The notes under the pieces were generated by a model, which had not been told where the DNA came from, searched no databases, and saw only the letters and a program-made list of their open reading frames with translations. A stretch of 64,000 nt of DNA from Desulfosudaceae bacterium. GTDB lineage: Bacteria; Desulfobacterota; Desulfobacteria; Desulfobacterales; Desulfosudaceae. The position numbers and the translations under genes were made by a program. The stretch lies in assembly GCA_963674745.2 (NCBI GenBank), contig CAXXDV010000003.1:1344001-1408000 (forward strand), in the 5' to 3' direction. Positions 1 to 9,630 of this stretch are shown piece after piece; position 1 is the stretch's first letter; each line of letters starts with the position of its first letter.

Positions 1-1
1 C

Positions 2-487
2 AAAATTGCGCCTGACAGAGCATTTCTCGGCTATTTCAAGCGGGGGATGCTGTATAAAGAACAGGGTAAAATGGATGCCGCCCTGGCTGACTTTTCCCGG
101 TGCAGATTGATTAACCCTTCGGATCCGGGCATCTACATTCAACAGGCCGAAATTCATTTGCTGCAAAAAAAATACGATCAGGCGATTGAGAATTGCCGGA
201 TGGCCTTGCGTATTTTCCCCCTGGTCTCGTCCGCCTATCGAATCCGGGGAGATGCGTTAATGGGGAAAGAAGATTATGACCTGGCATTGTGGAATTACAG
301 CGAAGCCATAGATATTGATCCGGACTCCCCGGGGTTATATATCAGAAGGGCAGAAGCATGGAAGAAAGTCGGAAATACATCAGCCGCCTGCAAGGATTTT
401 AAACGGGCATGTCAAATGATGAAGTGTGATAATAATGAATTGTTGGACTGGATGAGAAAGTATTGTTCGTTTCCGTCTTCATTTTAA
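2..487 (+). CDS. TPR-repeat protein (5' end probably outside the window)
   Basis: Tandem TPR-like helices (A..DF..., AI.IDP..PGLY..RA). The frame is open from position 2, upstream of the ATG at 47. Confidence 0.8.
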   Translation, partial: KIAPDRAFLGYFKRGMLYKEQGKMDAALADFSRCRLINPSDPGIYIQQAEIHLLQKKYDQAIENCRMALRIFPLVSSAYRIRGDALMGKEDYDLALWNYSEAIDIDPDSPGLYIRRAEAWKKVGNTSAACKDFKRACQMMKCDNNELLDWMRKYCSFPSSF

Positions 488-518
488 TCTTCAAAGACCC
501 GGTCGGGATCAACCGTTT

Positions 519-1688
519 TTAGAGGCATTGATAAACGGCGTCAATAATACGTTTGGCCCTGGGATCAATCAGAATGAATGTATCCATTTTGTTCACGGTG
601 TAACCAAAGCCCAGCCTGGCGTCCGGGTCGGCGAAGCCCAGGCACCCACCGGCACCGGGATGGCCGAAACTCTTTTGCCCGGGGCCGAAATTACCGGATT
701 TATTATTCTGGTTCAGCATAAACCCCAGGCTGAACCGGGTCTGCAGTTTCAAAACCGCGTCATGGCCGACGGTCTCTTCCATGGAGCAGTGCTCAATCAT
801 TGTCCGGGAAAGTATTTCCGTTGTACCTGATTTACCGCCTGTGGCGAGAATGCCGTACAATTTTGCAAGGGACCGTGCTGTGCTCTGACCATTGGCCGCA
901 GGTAACTCAGCGCTTCTCCAGGCACGTGTATTTACGCCTGTAATGATACTGAATGGATTGGTAAAAGCACAGGCCGTGGGCCCCCTGGGATTCTTAACAA
1001 TAGCCGCTGTTAATCGAGTTGCATCGGCATGGAGCGTAGGGAAACGCAGCATGATCATTGTTGCCGAACGCTTGTGCTCCACCGGATTCAGTCCGATATG
1101 AAGATCAAGCCCCAATGGATCAGTGATTTCCTCTTTCAAATATTGGCCAACAGAGCGACCGGTGATTTGGCGAATGACCTGTCCCACCAGCCATCCGTAA
1201 GTGACCGCGTGATATCCCTGGATCTTACCCGGATGCCACCAGGGTGCCTGCCCGGCCAGGGCGTCAGTCATCACTTTCCAGTCATAAAGGGCTTTGCTGG
1301 GCAGACGCTTTTTTACACCCACCATTCCCGCGGTATGATTCAGCAGCATGCGAACGGTTAGGGCCTCTTTACCGGCCCGGGAAAACGCCGGCCAGTACCG
1401 GGCAACAGGGGCATCCAGATCCAAACGTCCCTGATCCGCCAGCTTTAATGCACAAATGGCGGTGATGCCTTTGGTTGCGGAATAAATATTGGTCAGCGTA
1501 TTTTTCCGCCAGGGCCGATTTTTAGAGAAATCAGCAAAACCCGCCCAGATATCGACAACGGTTTTACCTTCTACGTCCAGGGCAAAGGCTGCCCCGGTTT
1601 CTTTTTTTTGATGAAAATTGTCCAGAAATGCGGTTTTGACTTTATTAAAGGCCGGATCACAATAACCGTGAATATCTGTTTTTTTCAA
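519..1688 (-). CDS. Serine hydrolase, beta-lactamase class C / EstB-like esterase family
   Basis: SxxK motif (YSATK), LLNHTAG, GYHAVTYG, FGHPGAGG. Confidence 0.9.
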   Translation of the reverse strand: MKKTDIHGYCDPAFNKVKTAFLDNFHQKKETGAAFALDVEGKTVVDIWAGFADFSKNRPWRKNTLTNIYSATKGITAICALKLADQGRLDLDAPVARYWPAFSRAGKEALTVRMLLNHTAGMVGVKKRLPSKALYDWKVMTDALAGQAPWWHPGKIQGYHAVTYGWLVGQVIRQITGRSVGQYLKEEITDPLGLDLHIGLNPVEHKRSATMIMLRFPTLHADATRLTAAIVKNPRGPTACAFTNPFSIITGVNTRAWRSAELPAANGQSTARSLAKLYGILATGGKSGTTEILSRTMIEHCSMEETVGHDAVLKLQTRFSLGFMLNQNNKSGNFGPGQKSFGHPGAGGCLGFADPDARLGFGYTVNKMDTFILIDPRAKRIIDAVYQCL

Positions 1689-1786
1689 TAAACTTTACCT
1701 TTAATGCCTTGGGCCGGATATTTCATGAAATTTTTCGATATTGCCTGGCACTCTACACCTTAAACCGCAGACAACGAATATCCGGA

Positions 1787-2224
1787 TCAGGTCGACAACT
1801 CGTTACCATGCTGACTGATAAATCGTTCCAGTTGCGCTTTCTGCATGGGGAGAACTTTTTTAAAGGCCACGCAGAGGTTCCGGACTTTACCGTTTAAGCC
1901 CGGCAGATCAGCGATTTCAAAATCCTGGACGATTTTAAAAGGAATTTTATCGACAATGACCCCTTCTCCCGGGAACATGATGGAAAGTGTCTCAACTTTT
2001 CGGAGGATTTTATTGTTTTTTTCTACATAATGCATGGCCAACCCTTTCATCCCGATATTTTTGATCGGGCCAAGGGTAATATAAGACGGCTTTCGAATAC
2101 CGAAAAACGATGGCTTGGTAACCAGCACGTAAGCTCCGTCGACCAGAAAACGCTTCCAGCGGCGCCTGTCCCTTGTTTTATGACCATCGACAACAATTTG
2201 AGCGGATTCTTCTTTTGACTGCAT
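1787..2224 (-). CDS. PilZ-like domain protein
   Basis: DRRRWKRF (RxxxR) and NIGMKGL (a variant of D/NxSxxG); 145 aa; GGAG RBS. Confidence 0.6.
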   Translation of the reverse strand: MQSKEESAQIVVDGHKTRDRRRWKRFLVDGAYVLVTKPSFFGIRKPSYITLGPIKNIGMKGLAMHYVEKNNKILRKVETLSIMFPGEGVIVDKIPFKIVQDFEIADLPGLNGKVRNLCVAFKKVLPMQKAQLERFISQHGNELST

Positions 2225-2328
2225 AGAGGACTCCTTCAGTATTGGTTAGAAAACCGGCTTTATATTACGGGTATCTTTAAAATTATTATAATTTTTAGAG
2301 ATAACCGTATAACTTCGATAAAAGTACG

Positions 2329-2898
2329 TTATCTTTTCAGTGTGTCAAAATGGTTGTTAAAAATTTGCTGAACATTCATCATCTGCTGATACTGATCCGG
2401 TGAAAGGGCCTCGATCATTTCGTTGATGATCTGCTGAGCGATCATAATTTTATTGGCTTTATCGCCGGCCCATTCATCAAGGTTATCCGCTGTGAGTTGG
2501 CTTCCGTCTGCCATGCCCAATAAATCAGTCGGAGCGGTTGCCGTAAGCTGGGCGGTAATAACTTCATAAGCTTCTTCAATTTTTTGACGATCTGTTTCAG
2601 GAAGCTGTTGCAGCATTTCATTGAACATCTGGTGGGCGGAAATGATTTCATCAACCTCTGTTTTTGACAACGGTCCGAATGTCTTCTCCAGTAATTGCCG
2701 CGCTTCTGTTTTTTTTTCTTCAGACAGTTGATCGAAGCTCTCTCCGATCAGCGAATCCAGCAAAACATTGACCACGATCCCACTTTGTCCGGTAATCGAA
2801 TCCAATTTGGCATCAGGGATAACTTTTGCGGCATGGAGTGCCGGTGATGTGAAGAGAAAAAGGCCGAACATTGATAATAAGACAGATAGTTTTTTCAT
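2329..2898 (-). CDS. Secreted alpha-helical hypothetical protein
   Basis: Signal peptide MKKLSVLLSMFGLFLFTSPALHA, then IPDAKLDSITGQSGI and repeated amphipathic helices. Confidence 0.7.
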   Translation of the reverse strand: MKKLSVLLSMFGLFLFTSPALHAAKVIPDAKLDSITGQSGIVVNVLLDSLIGESFDQLSEEKKTEARQLLEKTFGPLSKTEVDEIISAHQMFNEMLQQLPETDRQKIEEAYEVITAQLTATAPTDLLGMADGSQLTADNLDEWAGDKANKIMIAQQIINEMIEALSPDQYQQMMNVQQIFNNHFDTLKR

Positions 2899-3008
2899 TT
2901 CGGGCGCCGTCAATATAGTTTTAAAATTATTCTTATATTTTATGCCTTCTCCGCCAATCAGTCAATTATTTAAAACATTAAACAAAAACGGTTGTTCAAA
3001 GAAGTTTT

Positions 3009-3025
3009 ATGTTATATTGTTGCAT
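3009..3025. promoter_or_regulatory. Putative Zur-binding box upstream of znuACB-zur
   Basis: ATGTTATATTGTTGCAT, a 17-bp imperfect palindrome resembling Zur boxes, ~130 bp upstream of znuA. Confidence 0.55.
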
Positions 3026-3158
3026 TAAATGTTCCATCGCGCTTTCTGATATTGAATTGCATTGTAAATCCAACTAGTTATTTGTTTACGGGTGCTAAGG
3101 GAAGATGCAGCGAACAACGGTTATGCGTTTTAGGGGAAAATGATTGTGGCGGGTAAAT

Positions 3159-4085
3159 ATGTATTGTAACAAGAATTCCTTTTTCAATCTGATGCCGGTC
3201 ATATTGCTAAGCGCCGTTTTGACCGGATTTCTTTGCGGGCCGCTGGAAGCCGGAAACAACATACAGGTATTTGTCAGCATTCTGCCGCAAAAGTATTTTG
3301 TTCAACAAATCGGTACTAACAGCGTTGACGTTCAGGTCATGGTCCCGCCAGGGGCAAGCCCGGCCACGTATGAACCCAGACCATCACAGATGAAAGCGCT
3401 GGTAAATACGGACATTTATTTTGCCATCGGGGTTCCCTTTGAAAAAGTCTGGCTGAACAAAATCGCCGCCATTAATCCCCGGTTGAAGATAATTCATACG
3501 GATGAGGGCATTCAAAAACAGTTTCTGGCAGATCATATTCATGAAGGAGCGACCGGCCATGCGGTAGACAGGCATGGACATAATGATTCGTCGGGACATA
3601 TTCCAGACCCCCACATATGGCTTTCACCACCGTTGGTCATGATACAGGCCAGGGCCATACTGCTCGGTCTGGAGCAGGCAGATCCGGATCGCCGGGCCAT
3701 ATACGCGCAAAATTACCGGAACTTTATTGCAAAGCTGGTGGATATTGACGAAGCATTGCGGCAATTGTTCGATCAGACCGTCAACAAACGTTTTATGGTG
3801 CTGCATCCAGCCTGGGGATATTTTGCCCATGCCTACGGTCTGGTTCAGGTTCCCATAGAAATCGAAGGGAAAAACCCCAAACCGGCCCAGCTAAAAGAAC
3901 TGATTGATTACGCCCGGCAGCACGGCCTGTCAACTGTTTTAGCACAACCACAGTCTTCGTCCAAGTTTGCGGAACAGCTGGCAAAGGCCATTAAGGGGAA
4001 AGTGACTTATGCCGACCCGCTTTCTTCTGACTGGGACCGGAATTTGGTTCAAGTGGCTGAAAAAATAAAAAACACCCTGAAGTAA
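3159..4085 (+). CDS. znuA: Zinc ABC transporter substrate-binding protein
   Basis: SPATYEP, His-rich loop, DPHIWLSP, HPAWGYF; first gene of a metal ABC operon. Start codon uncertain (3144/3159/3192). Confidence 0.9.
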   Translation: MYCNKNSFFNLMPVILLSAVLTGFLCGPLEAGNNIQVFVSILPQKYFVQQIGTNSVDVQVMVPPGASPATYEPRPSQMKALVNTDIYFAIGVPFEKVWLNKIAAINPRLKIIHTDEGIQKQFLADHIHEGATGHAVDRHGHNDSSGHIPDPHIWLSPPLVMIQARAILLGLEQADPDRRAIYAQNYRNFIAKLVDIDEALRQLFDQTVNKRFMVLHPAWGYFAHAYGLVQVPIEIEGKNPKPAQLKELIDYARQHGLSTVLAQPQSSSKFAEQLAKAIKGKVTYADPLSSDWDRNLVQVAEKIKNTLK

Positions 4086-4099
4086 GTCAAGTCCTGTTT

Positions 4100-4879
4100 A
4101 TGGATCAAGTAATTGTTGATATCAAAGACCTTTTTTTCTCCTATAACGGATTTCCCGTTCTGGAGGGCGTTAACCTGTCGATCCAGGAAAACGATTTTAT
4201 CGCCATTATCGGTCCTAACGGCGGCGGTAAAACATCCCTCTTGAAAATTATGCTGGGGCTTCTTCAACCGGATAGGGGAGTCGTCAGGGTGTTGGGCGGT
4301 CCTCCCCAAAAAGCGTCTCACCATATCGGATACGTGCCGCAGAACATCAACATTAATCCGAATTTCCCGGTTACGGTCATGGATATCGTTTTGATGGGCA
4401 GGCTGGGGCCTTTCAAAAAGAAAATCGGAGAAACAGGCCGGGATCGCAAACTGGCAATGACCGCCCTGGAGCAAATGGAAATGGCGTCTTTTGCCCACCG
4501 GCGGATCAGTCAACTGTCCGGCGGGCAGCGGCAACGGGTATTTATTTCCAGGGCACTGGTTACGCAACCGCGCCTGTTGCTTCTAGACGAACCGACCGCC
4601 AGCATTGACACAAAAGGACAAAACGATTTCTACGCGCTGCTCAAAGAGTTAAACAAAGACATCACGATTATCGTGGTCAGCCATGATCTGCTGGTCATCT
4701 CCCGATATATGAAATCAGTGGCCTGTGTAAACAGACGGCTGCATTATCACCGGGAATCCGAAATCACAGGGAAGGTGATGGACACCATATGCCCCTGTAC
4801 GGTAGAGGATATTTGTCCGGTTGGATTGGTTACCCCCATGCTGAATTTCAACTCAGGACAAAATACCCGGAAAGATTAA
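4100..4879 (+). CDS. znuC: Zinc ABC transporter ATP-binding protein
   Basis: Walker A GPNGGGKT, LSGGQRQR, LLLLDEP, IGYVPQ. Confidence 0.92.
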   Translation: MDQVIVDIKDLFFSYNGFPVLEGVNLSIQENDFIAIIGPNGGGKTSLLKIMLGLLQPDRGVVRVLGGPPQKASHHIGYVPQNININPNFPVTVMDIVLMGRLGPFKKKIGETGRDRKLAMTALEQMEMASFAHRRISQLSGGQRQRVFISRALVTQPRLLLLDEPTASIDTKGQNDFYALLKELNKDITIIVVSHDLLVISRYMKSVACVNRRLHYHRESEITGKVMDTICPCTVEDICPVGLVTPMLNFNSGQNTRKD

Positions 4880-4882
4880 CCG

Positions 4883-5707
4883 ATGATAGAGCTTCTGCAA
4901 TATGAATTCATGCGCAACGCCTTAATGGCCGGTATTCTGGCCAGCATCATCTGCGGAATAATGGGTACCCTGGTTGTCGTTAACCGGATTGTCTTTCTCT
5001 CCGGTGGTATCGCCCATGCCGCTTACGGGGGGATCGGCATGTCCTTTTATTTCGGTTGGCCGTACCTGGCCGGGACGATGGGCTTTTCCGTGGCCGCAGC
5101 CGCACTTATGGCCGGTGTCAGCATGAAAGCAAAACACCGGGCCGATACTGTCATCGGCGTGATCTGGTCCATGGGCATGGCCAGCGGCGTCATTTTTCTG
5201 GATATGACCCCGGGATATAACGTCGACCTGATGAGTTATCTGTTTGGCAGTATACTGGCCGTTCCGTTGTCTCATCTGTGGGTAATGTTCATTTCAAGTT
5301 TTGTCATTCTCGGCCTGGTGTTTTATTTTTTCCATGACCTCCTGGCACTGTCCTATGACGAGGAATTTGCCAAAATCAGAGGTGTGCCGACCACCGCGCT
5401 TTATTTTTTAATGATCATCATGCTGGCCGTGACGATTGTGATGGTTATTCAGATTGTGGGGCTGATTCTGGTAATCGCATTGCTGACGATACCGCCATAC
5501 ATCATGGAGAAGCGGGTAAAATCCCTGCCACAAATGATGATCGGCGCCAGCCTGCTGGGAATGGTGTTTACCGTTATCGGATTGTGGATATCTTTTGTTT
5601 ATAATATAACATCCGGAGCGGCCATTATTATGGTTGCCGGTATATTTTTCTTCATATCATTGATTTTAGACCGCGTAACCGATCGTTACAGACGGGAACC
5701 TGCTTAA
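4883..5707 (+). CDS. znuB: Zinc ABC transporter permease
   Basis: ABC-3 family motifs GIAHAAYGG, YLFGSIL, GLILVIALLTIP; multiple transmembrane helices. Confidence 0.92.
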   Translation: MIELLQYEFMRNALMAGILASIICGIMGTLVVVNRIVFLSGGIAHAAYGGIGMSFYFGWPYLAGTMGFSVAAAALMAGVSMKAKHRADTVIGVIWSMGMASGVIFLDMTPGYNVDLMSYLFGSILAVPLSHLWVMFISSFVILGLVFYFFHDLLALSYDEEFAKIRGVPTTALYFLMIIMLAVTIVMVIQIVGLILVIALLTIPPYIMEKRVKSLPQMMIGASLLGMVFTVIGLWISFVYNITSGAAIIMVAGIFFFISLILDRVTDRYRREPA

Positions 5708-5722
5708 GGCAATTATCCAATT

Positions 5723-6151
5723 ATGAACCATCAGTGTGACTATGAGGCCCTGTTAAAGGCCGTAAACCTGCGGATTACCGATAACCGTCTTCAGGTGCTG
5801 CAAGTAATCGGCAAAAACCATTATCCGCTTTCGGCGACGGATATCCATCATAAGCTGGAATGCGACAGCACCATTAACCGCGTTACCGTTTATCGCATAC
5901 TTGAATTGCTGGTGGGAAATGGTTTGATTGAAAGGCTCAGTACAGGCGGCCGCGCCTTTTACTATGGTCTGACGCTAAACCACAATCACCGCTCGCACGC
6001 CCATTTTTATTGTAAAAAATGCGGTCAGATGGAATGCCTGACCCCTGAAAGTCTAACCGCGGATACCAGCCAACTGGGGAAAATTTTTCCCGGACGGATT
6101 GAAAAAGTGGAAATACGTGTCGATGGTATCTGTAAAAATTGTTTACCGTAA
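5723..6151 (+). CDS. zur: Fur-family regulator, probably Zur
   Basis: RVTVYRIL, HAHFYCKKCG, C-terminal GICKNC; located in the znu operon. Confidence 0.8.
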   Translation: MNHQCDYEALLKAVNLRITDNRLQVLQVIGKNHYPLSATDIHHKLECDSTINRVTVYRILELLVGNGLIERLSTGGRAFYYGLTLNHNHRSHAHFYCKKCGQMECLTPESLTADTSQLGKIFPGRIEKVEIRVDGICKNCLP

Positions 6152-6165
6152 AAGGAGAAAACATT

Positions 6166-6732
6166 ATGAAAAATCGATCAAAAATTCCCGGGTGTCCCTT
6201 TGTTTTTCTTTTTTCTGCCTTGTTTTTCTGCTTTAACATCGCCGTTGCCGATACAATCGTTTTTAAAGACGGTACAAAAATGGAAGTCAAAATCGCATGG
6301 CAGGAGGGCAATGTCGTTAAAACCGAAAGGTATGGCGGCGTTGTGTCATTCCCGATGAGCAAAGTCGATAGAATCGTCAAGGGGGAGTATAATTACCTTG
6401 AAGAAAATAAAAAGCCGGAGCCGGAACTGCCGAAAGACCGCGTTGGCGAGATCCCCGAATTCCTCCAGGTCAAAGCGTTTTCCACAAAAATTGTCGAATC
6501 CTCTGATGATTATGTATATGTATCCTGGACCACCAAAATGGATTCCGAAAAAGCATGCAAGGTGATGATTTCCATCAATTTTTATGACAAAGACGGCAAT
6601 ATCCTCGACAAGGATTTAGAGGAAGCAAAACTGGGCCTGGGAACCAATTCAGCCGCGGATATGACCATGATCAAGACAAGCTTATACAAAAAGGTAAACT
6701 CGACCGGCATCAACGTAAAAGAACAAGAGTAG
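6166..6732 (+). CDS. Secreted hypothetical protein
   Basis: AAGGAG RBS before ATG 6166; signal peptide ending AVA-DTIVFKDG. Confidence 0.75.
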   Translation: MKNRSKIPGCPFVFLFSALFFCFNIAVADTIVFKDGTKMEVKIAWQEGNVVKTERYGGVVSFPMSKVDRIVKGEYNYLEENKKPEPELPKDRVGEIPEFLQVKAFSTKIVESSDDYVYVSWTTKMDSEKACKVMISINFYDKDGNILDKDLEEAKLGLGTNSAADMTMIKTSLYKKVNSTGINVKEQE

Positions 6733-6783
6733 GTGATGCAGAGCGTTCTGCTCCCTGCCGTCCATTTTTAAAATGCAGTAGAT

Positions 6784-7863
6784 ATGTCTAACGAAAGAGT
6801 TGATACCATTATTGTCGGCGGCGGTCTCAGTGGACTTTATGCGGCCTTTCTGCTGGCGGCAAAGAAAAAACCGTTTGTTCTGCTTGAAGCCCGGTCCCGT
6901 GTGGGCGGCAGAATTTTAAGCACCGAGCACCAAGGTTTTTTTACTGATCTGGGGCCCTCCTGGTATTGGCCCATGATCAACCCCGAGTTAAACGCACTGA
7001 TACATAAACTGGGGCTGAAAGGATATCCTCAGTTTGAATCAGGCCTGTGCCGGTTCCAGGCCAGGGACGGCCATACGGAAACCATCGCAGGTTATCCCAT
7101 GGAACCGCCGGGATGGCGACTTAACGGCGGCATGATCTCCCTTGTCAACGGGCTTTGCGTCCAAATCCCCGAGGATGCCATCCGGCTGAATCATCCGGTC
7201 TGCGAAATCGAACGGCTGGACAATGGTGTCCGGGTTACGGTCGGTCGCCTTGACCATGAACCCAAATGCCGGCTGCAAGCAGCCGACCTCATCCTCGCCT
7301 TACCGCCCCGGCTTGCTGCCGGTTTCATTCTGTTTACACCTGATTTGTCCTACGACATTACCCAGGCCATGTTAAGAGCAAGCACCTGGATGGCGGGGCA
7401 GGCGAAATTTTTCGCCCTGTATGATCGAGCGGACTGGCGCAACCTCGGTCTTTCCGGCCAGGGGTTCAGCCTGTGCGGCCCCTTAGGGGAAATCCATGAC
7501 GGGTCAAGCGAAACCGGCACCCCTTACGGACTGACCGGTTTTGTCGGCGTTCCGGCATTGCGGCGCAAAAACAGCGAAACCATGATCCGTGCCATCCTCG
7601 CCCAGCTTTCGCTTCTTTACGGGCAGCCGGCCGGACACCCCCTCAAAATCTACTACCAGGATTGGGCAACAGAAGAATTCACCGCCACCGAATATGACCA
7701 GCGGGCCGCCCACAATCACCCCGAATTCCATCCACCTTCCGGAAAAACAAGCATCTGGAATAACACCTTTCATTTTGCCGGCACGGAAACAGCCGATGAT
7801 TTCGGCGGTTACCTGGAAGGTGCCTTGTCTAGCGCCAAACGGGCTGTCTCAGCGGTGATCTGA
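6784..7863 (+). CDS. Flavin-containing amine oxidase family protein
   Basis: GGGLSG FAD-binding motif, EARSRVGGRI, DLGPSW, HFAGTET..GGYLEGA. Confidence 0.9.
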   Translation: MSNERVDTIIVGGGLSGLYAAFLLAAKKKPFVLLEARSRVGGRILSTEHQGFFTDLGPSWYWPMINPELNALIHKLGLKGYPQFESGLCRFQARDGHTETIAGYPMEPPGWRLNGGMISLVNGLCVQIPEDAIRLNHPVCEIERLDNGVRVTVGRLDHEPKCRLQAADLILALPPRLAAGFILFTPDLSYDITQAMLRASTWMAGQAKFFALYDRADWRNLGLSGQGFSLCGPLGEIHDGSSETGTPYGLTGFVGVPALRRKNSETMIRAILAQLSLLYGQPAGHPLKIYYQDWATEEFTATEYDQRAAHNHPEFHPPSGKTSIWNNTFHFAGTETADDFGGYLEGALSSAKRAVSAVI

Positions 7864-7910
7864 CTTTGTGTTTTTCATCTTTTGAGGTGGAACGGTTTTC
7901 ATATCACCTA

Positions 7911-7950
7911 AAAATAAGGGCTCACAGAATCTCTGTAAGCCCTTATTTTT
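7911..7950. terminator. Intrinsic, possibly bidirectional terminator hairpin; homologous to the hairpin beside tRNA-Arg
   Basis: AAAATAAGGGCTCACAGA-ATC-TCTGTAAGCCCTTATTTT inverted repeat with A/T tails. Confidence 0.75.
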
Positions 7951-7952
7951 AT

Positions 7953-7975
7953 TGGCGCGCCCGGCAGGGTTCGAA
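7953..7975 (-). repeat. Duplicate of the tRNA-Arg 3' end (att-like direct repeat)
   Basis: TGGCGCGCCCGGCAGGGTTCGAA vs TGGCGCGCCCGGCAGGATTCGAA at 10784-10806 (22/23 identical). Confidence 0.9.
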
Positions 7976-8037
7976 GCTTAAGGGGGGAATTCTATGAGAA
8001 CCCGAATCCCGGTCAACGGCACAAGCGTCTGGTATGT

Positions 8038-9066
8038 TTATCGCAGGGCATCAGTGATAAAACAGCCACCACCTCCACCACCTCCACCACCTCCACCGCC
8101 TCCATCGTCTTCATCTCCGTTGGTAACGGCATTGATTATGATCGAAACCATATCTACATCAGTCAGACCGGTCAAATCTTCCACTGTCAATTGAAACGTC
8201 AATGTTAACGGATCTCCGGTAACTTCCGGTGCTGTAAACGTCGGGTTGACGGCTGATGAATCCGAAAGCGTCACATTGACTCCCGCGGTCTGCTGCCAGA
8301 GGTAGCTGATGATATCATCATCCGGATGAAAAGAGCCGGAACCGTCCAGTGTTACCTGGTCCCCTTCGGTAACGGTTTGATCACCACCCGCATCGGCAGT
8401 CGGCGGCACATTGTCTTCATCTGCCACGGTTATCGTAACGGTGTCGGTGTCGAAAAAACCGGCCTCGTCTCTCACCCTCAGTTGAAAGGTCAACACTTCC
8501 GGATTCCCGGAGACCTCCGGTGCCGTTAACGTGGGGTTGACCGCTGATGAATCCGACAATGTCACACTGACGCCTGCCGTCTGCCGCCAGAAATAGCTCG
8601 CGATGTCATTGTCCAGATCGGATGAACCGGAACCGTTCAGCGTTACCAGGCTGTTTTCGATGACGGTTTGATCTGCACCCGCATCAGCGTTCGGTGAGTT
8701 AAACTTCCTGAAAACCGCTGTAACGTCTGTTGGCCCATCAGCAGACACAAATAAAGGATTGGATGTTGTTCTCGACGTATTGACGATCCATTCGATAAAT
8801 TGAAAACCGCCATTTGTATTGGGTGTAGCTGTAAGGGTGTATTCGTTGCTGCATGTATAAACGGCCGGGTATGCGGTTATGGGGGTTGTAAAATTGGGGG
8901 ACGTAACCTCACCGCCATTTGCCGGGCTGACATTCACGGTCAGCGGGTCAATCCCTCAACCGGCTTCGGCAGGGCCGGGGAAATTCAGAAAACAACCGAT
9001 CAGAAGCAGGAATACGCAACCGTAAAAACTTTTAAGTGTGTTGTTCAAAAAATGTTTGCTGGTCAT
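8038..9066 (-). CDS. Secreted surface protein (InlB B-repeat-like domain, two PKD/REJ-like domains, poly-Gly-CFI C-terminus) with an in-frame TGA at codon 37: candidate selenoprotein or nonsense pseudogene
   Basis: AAGGAG RBS (9078-9073), ATG 9066, signal peptide ending PAEA-G, TGA at 8958-8956, then in frame into ORF 8038..8937. Two ADAG.DQTV..G..VTL.GSGS repeats; ends in a Gly run followed by CFITDALR. Confidence 0.75.
8926..8944 (-). promoter_or_regulatory. Putative bacterial SECIS hairpin
   Basis: mRNA reads UGA-GGGAUUGACCC (11 nt)-GCUGAC-CGUGAAU-GUCAGC: perfect 6-bp stem, with G in loop position 2 followed by U. Confidence 0.55.
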
Positions 9067-9229
9067 ATTTTTCTCCTTATTGATTTGATATGGGGACAAA
9101 ATTATCCCCTTTCATTTCTAATGATAAGTCTTCAAAGCGTTGTATAGCTGATTGCCAAGTTAGGAATATCGTTTGAATAGGCGACCAATTTGTTATTACT
9201 TATGAAGCGTTGCCAAAAAACAGGGCAAA

Positions 9230-9278
9230 TACCACAATGTGGTAGTTCAATATTATTATTATCCTGTTCTCGTGTCAA
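9230..9278 (-). promoter_or_regulatory. Sigma70-type promoter with overlapping palindromic operator, upstream of the PKD gene
   Basis: Minus strand TTGACA (9278-9273)-N17-TAATAT (9255-9250); perfect palindrome TACCACA-A-TGTGGTA at 9230-9244. Confidence 0.55.
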
Positions 9279-9630
9279 GGCAAAAAAGCATAGCTCAGGG
9301 AATGTATTTTCAATGGGTAACAAACACCTGAAAATATACTGAATAAACGGTTATATGGAATCAACAAATTTTTTAAGAATGAAGGCAGGGGGAGGGTGCG
9401 TCAAAGAATGAGGTTGTAATATTGATAGATTACGTTTTAATATCGTTAGAGTTATTCAAGCCTCGTCATTTTTAAATGTAAAGACAAAAATCATGGACAC
9501 CATCAATCGCGTCAGCGGGGAATTATAACCTAATAACATGGTATTGTTGATGTCATGGCCGAATTCCCTTCACTATTGAAGCTCCATACTGGAAGTTGAT
9601 GATATGTATATTCAATTAAGGAGAAATCTT

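Noticed and set aside
519..1688. Antibiotic-resistance beta-lactamase
   Set aside because: No signal peptide, and the motifs fit cytoplasmic family VIII esterases rather than AmpC.
7994..8194. Poly-proline ORF on the plus strand
   Set aside because: It is the antisense shadow of the poly-Gly tail of the PKD protein.
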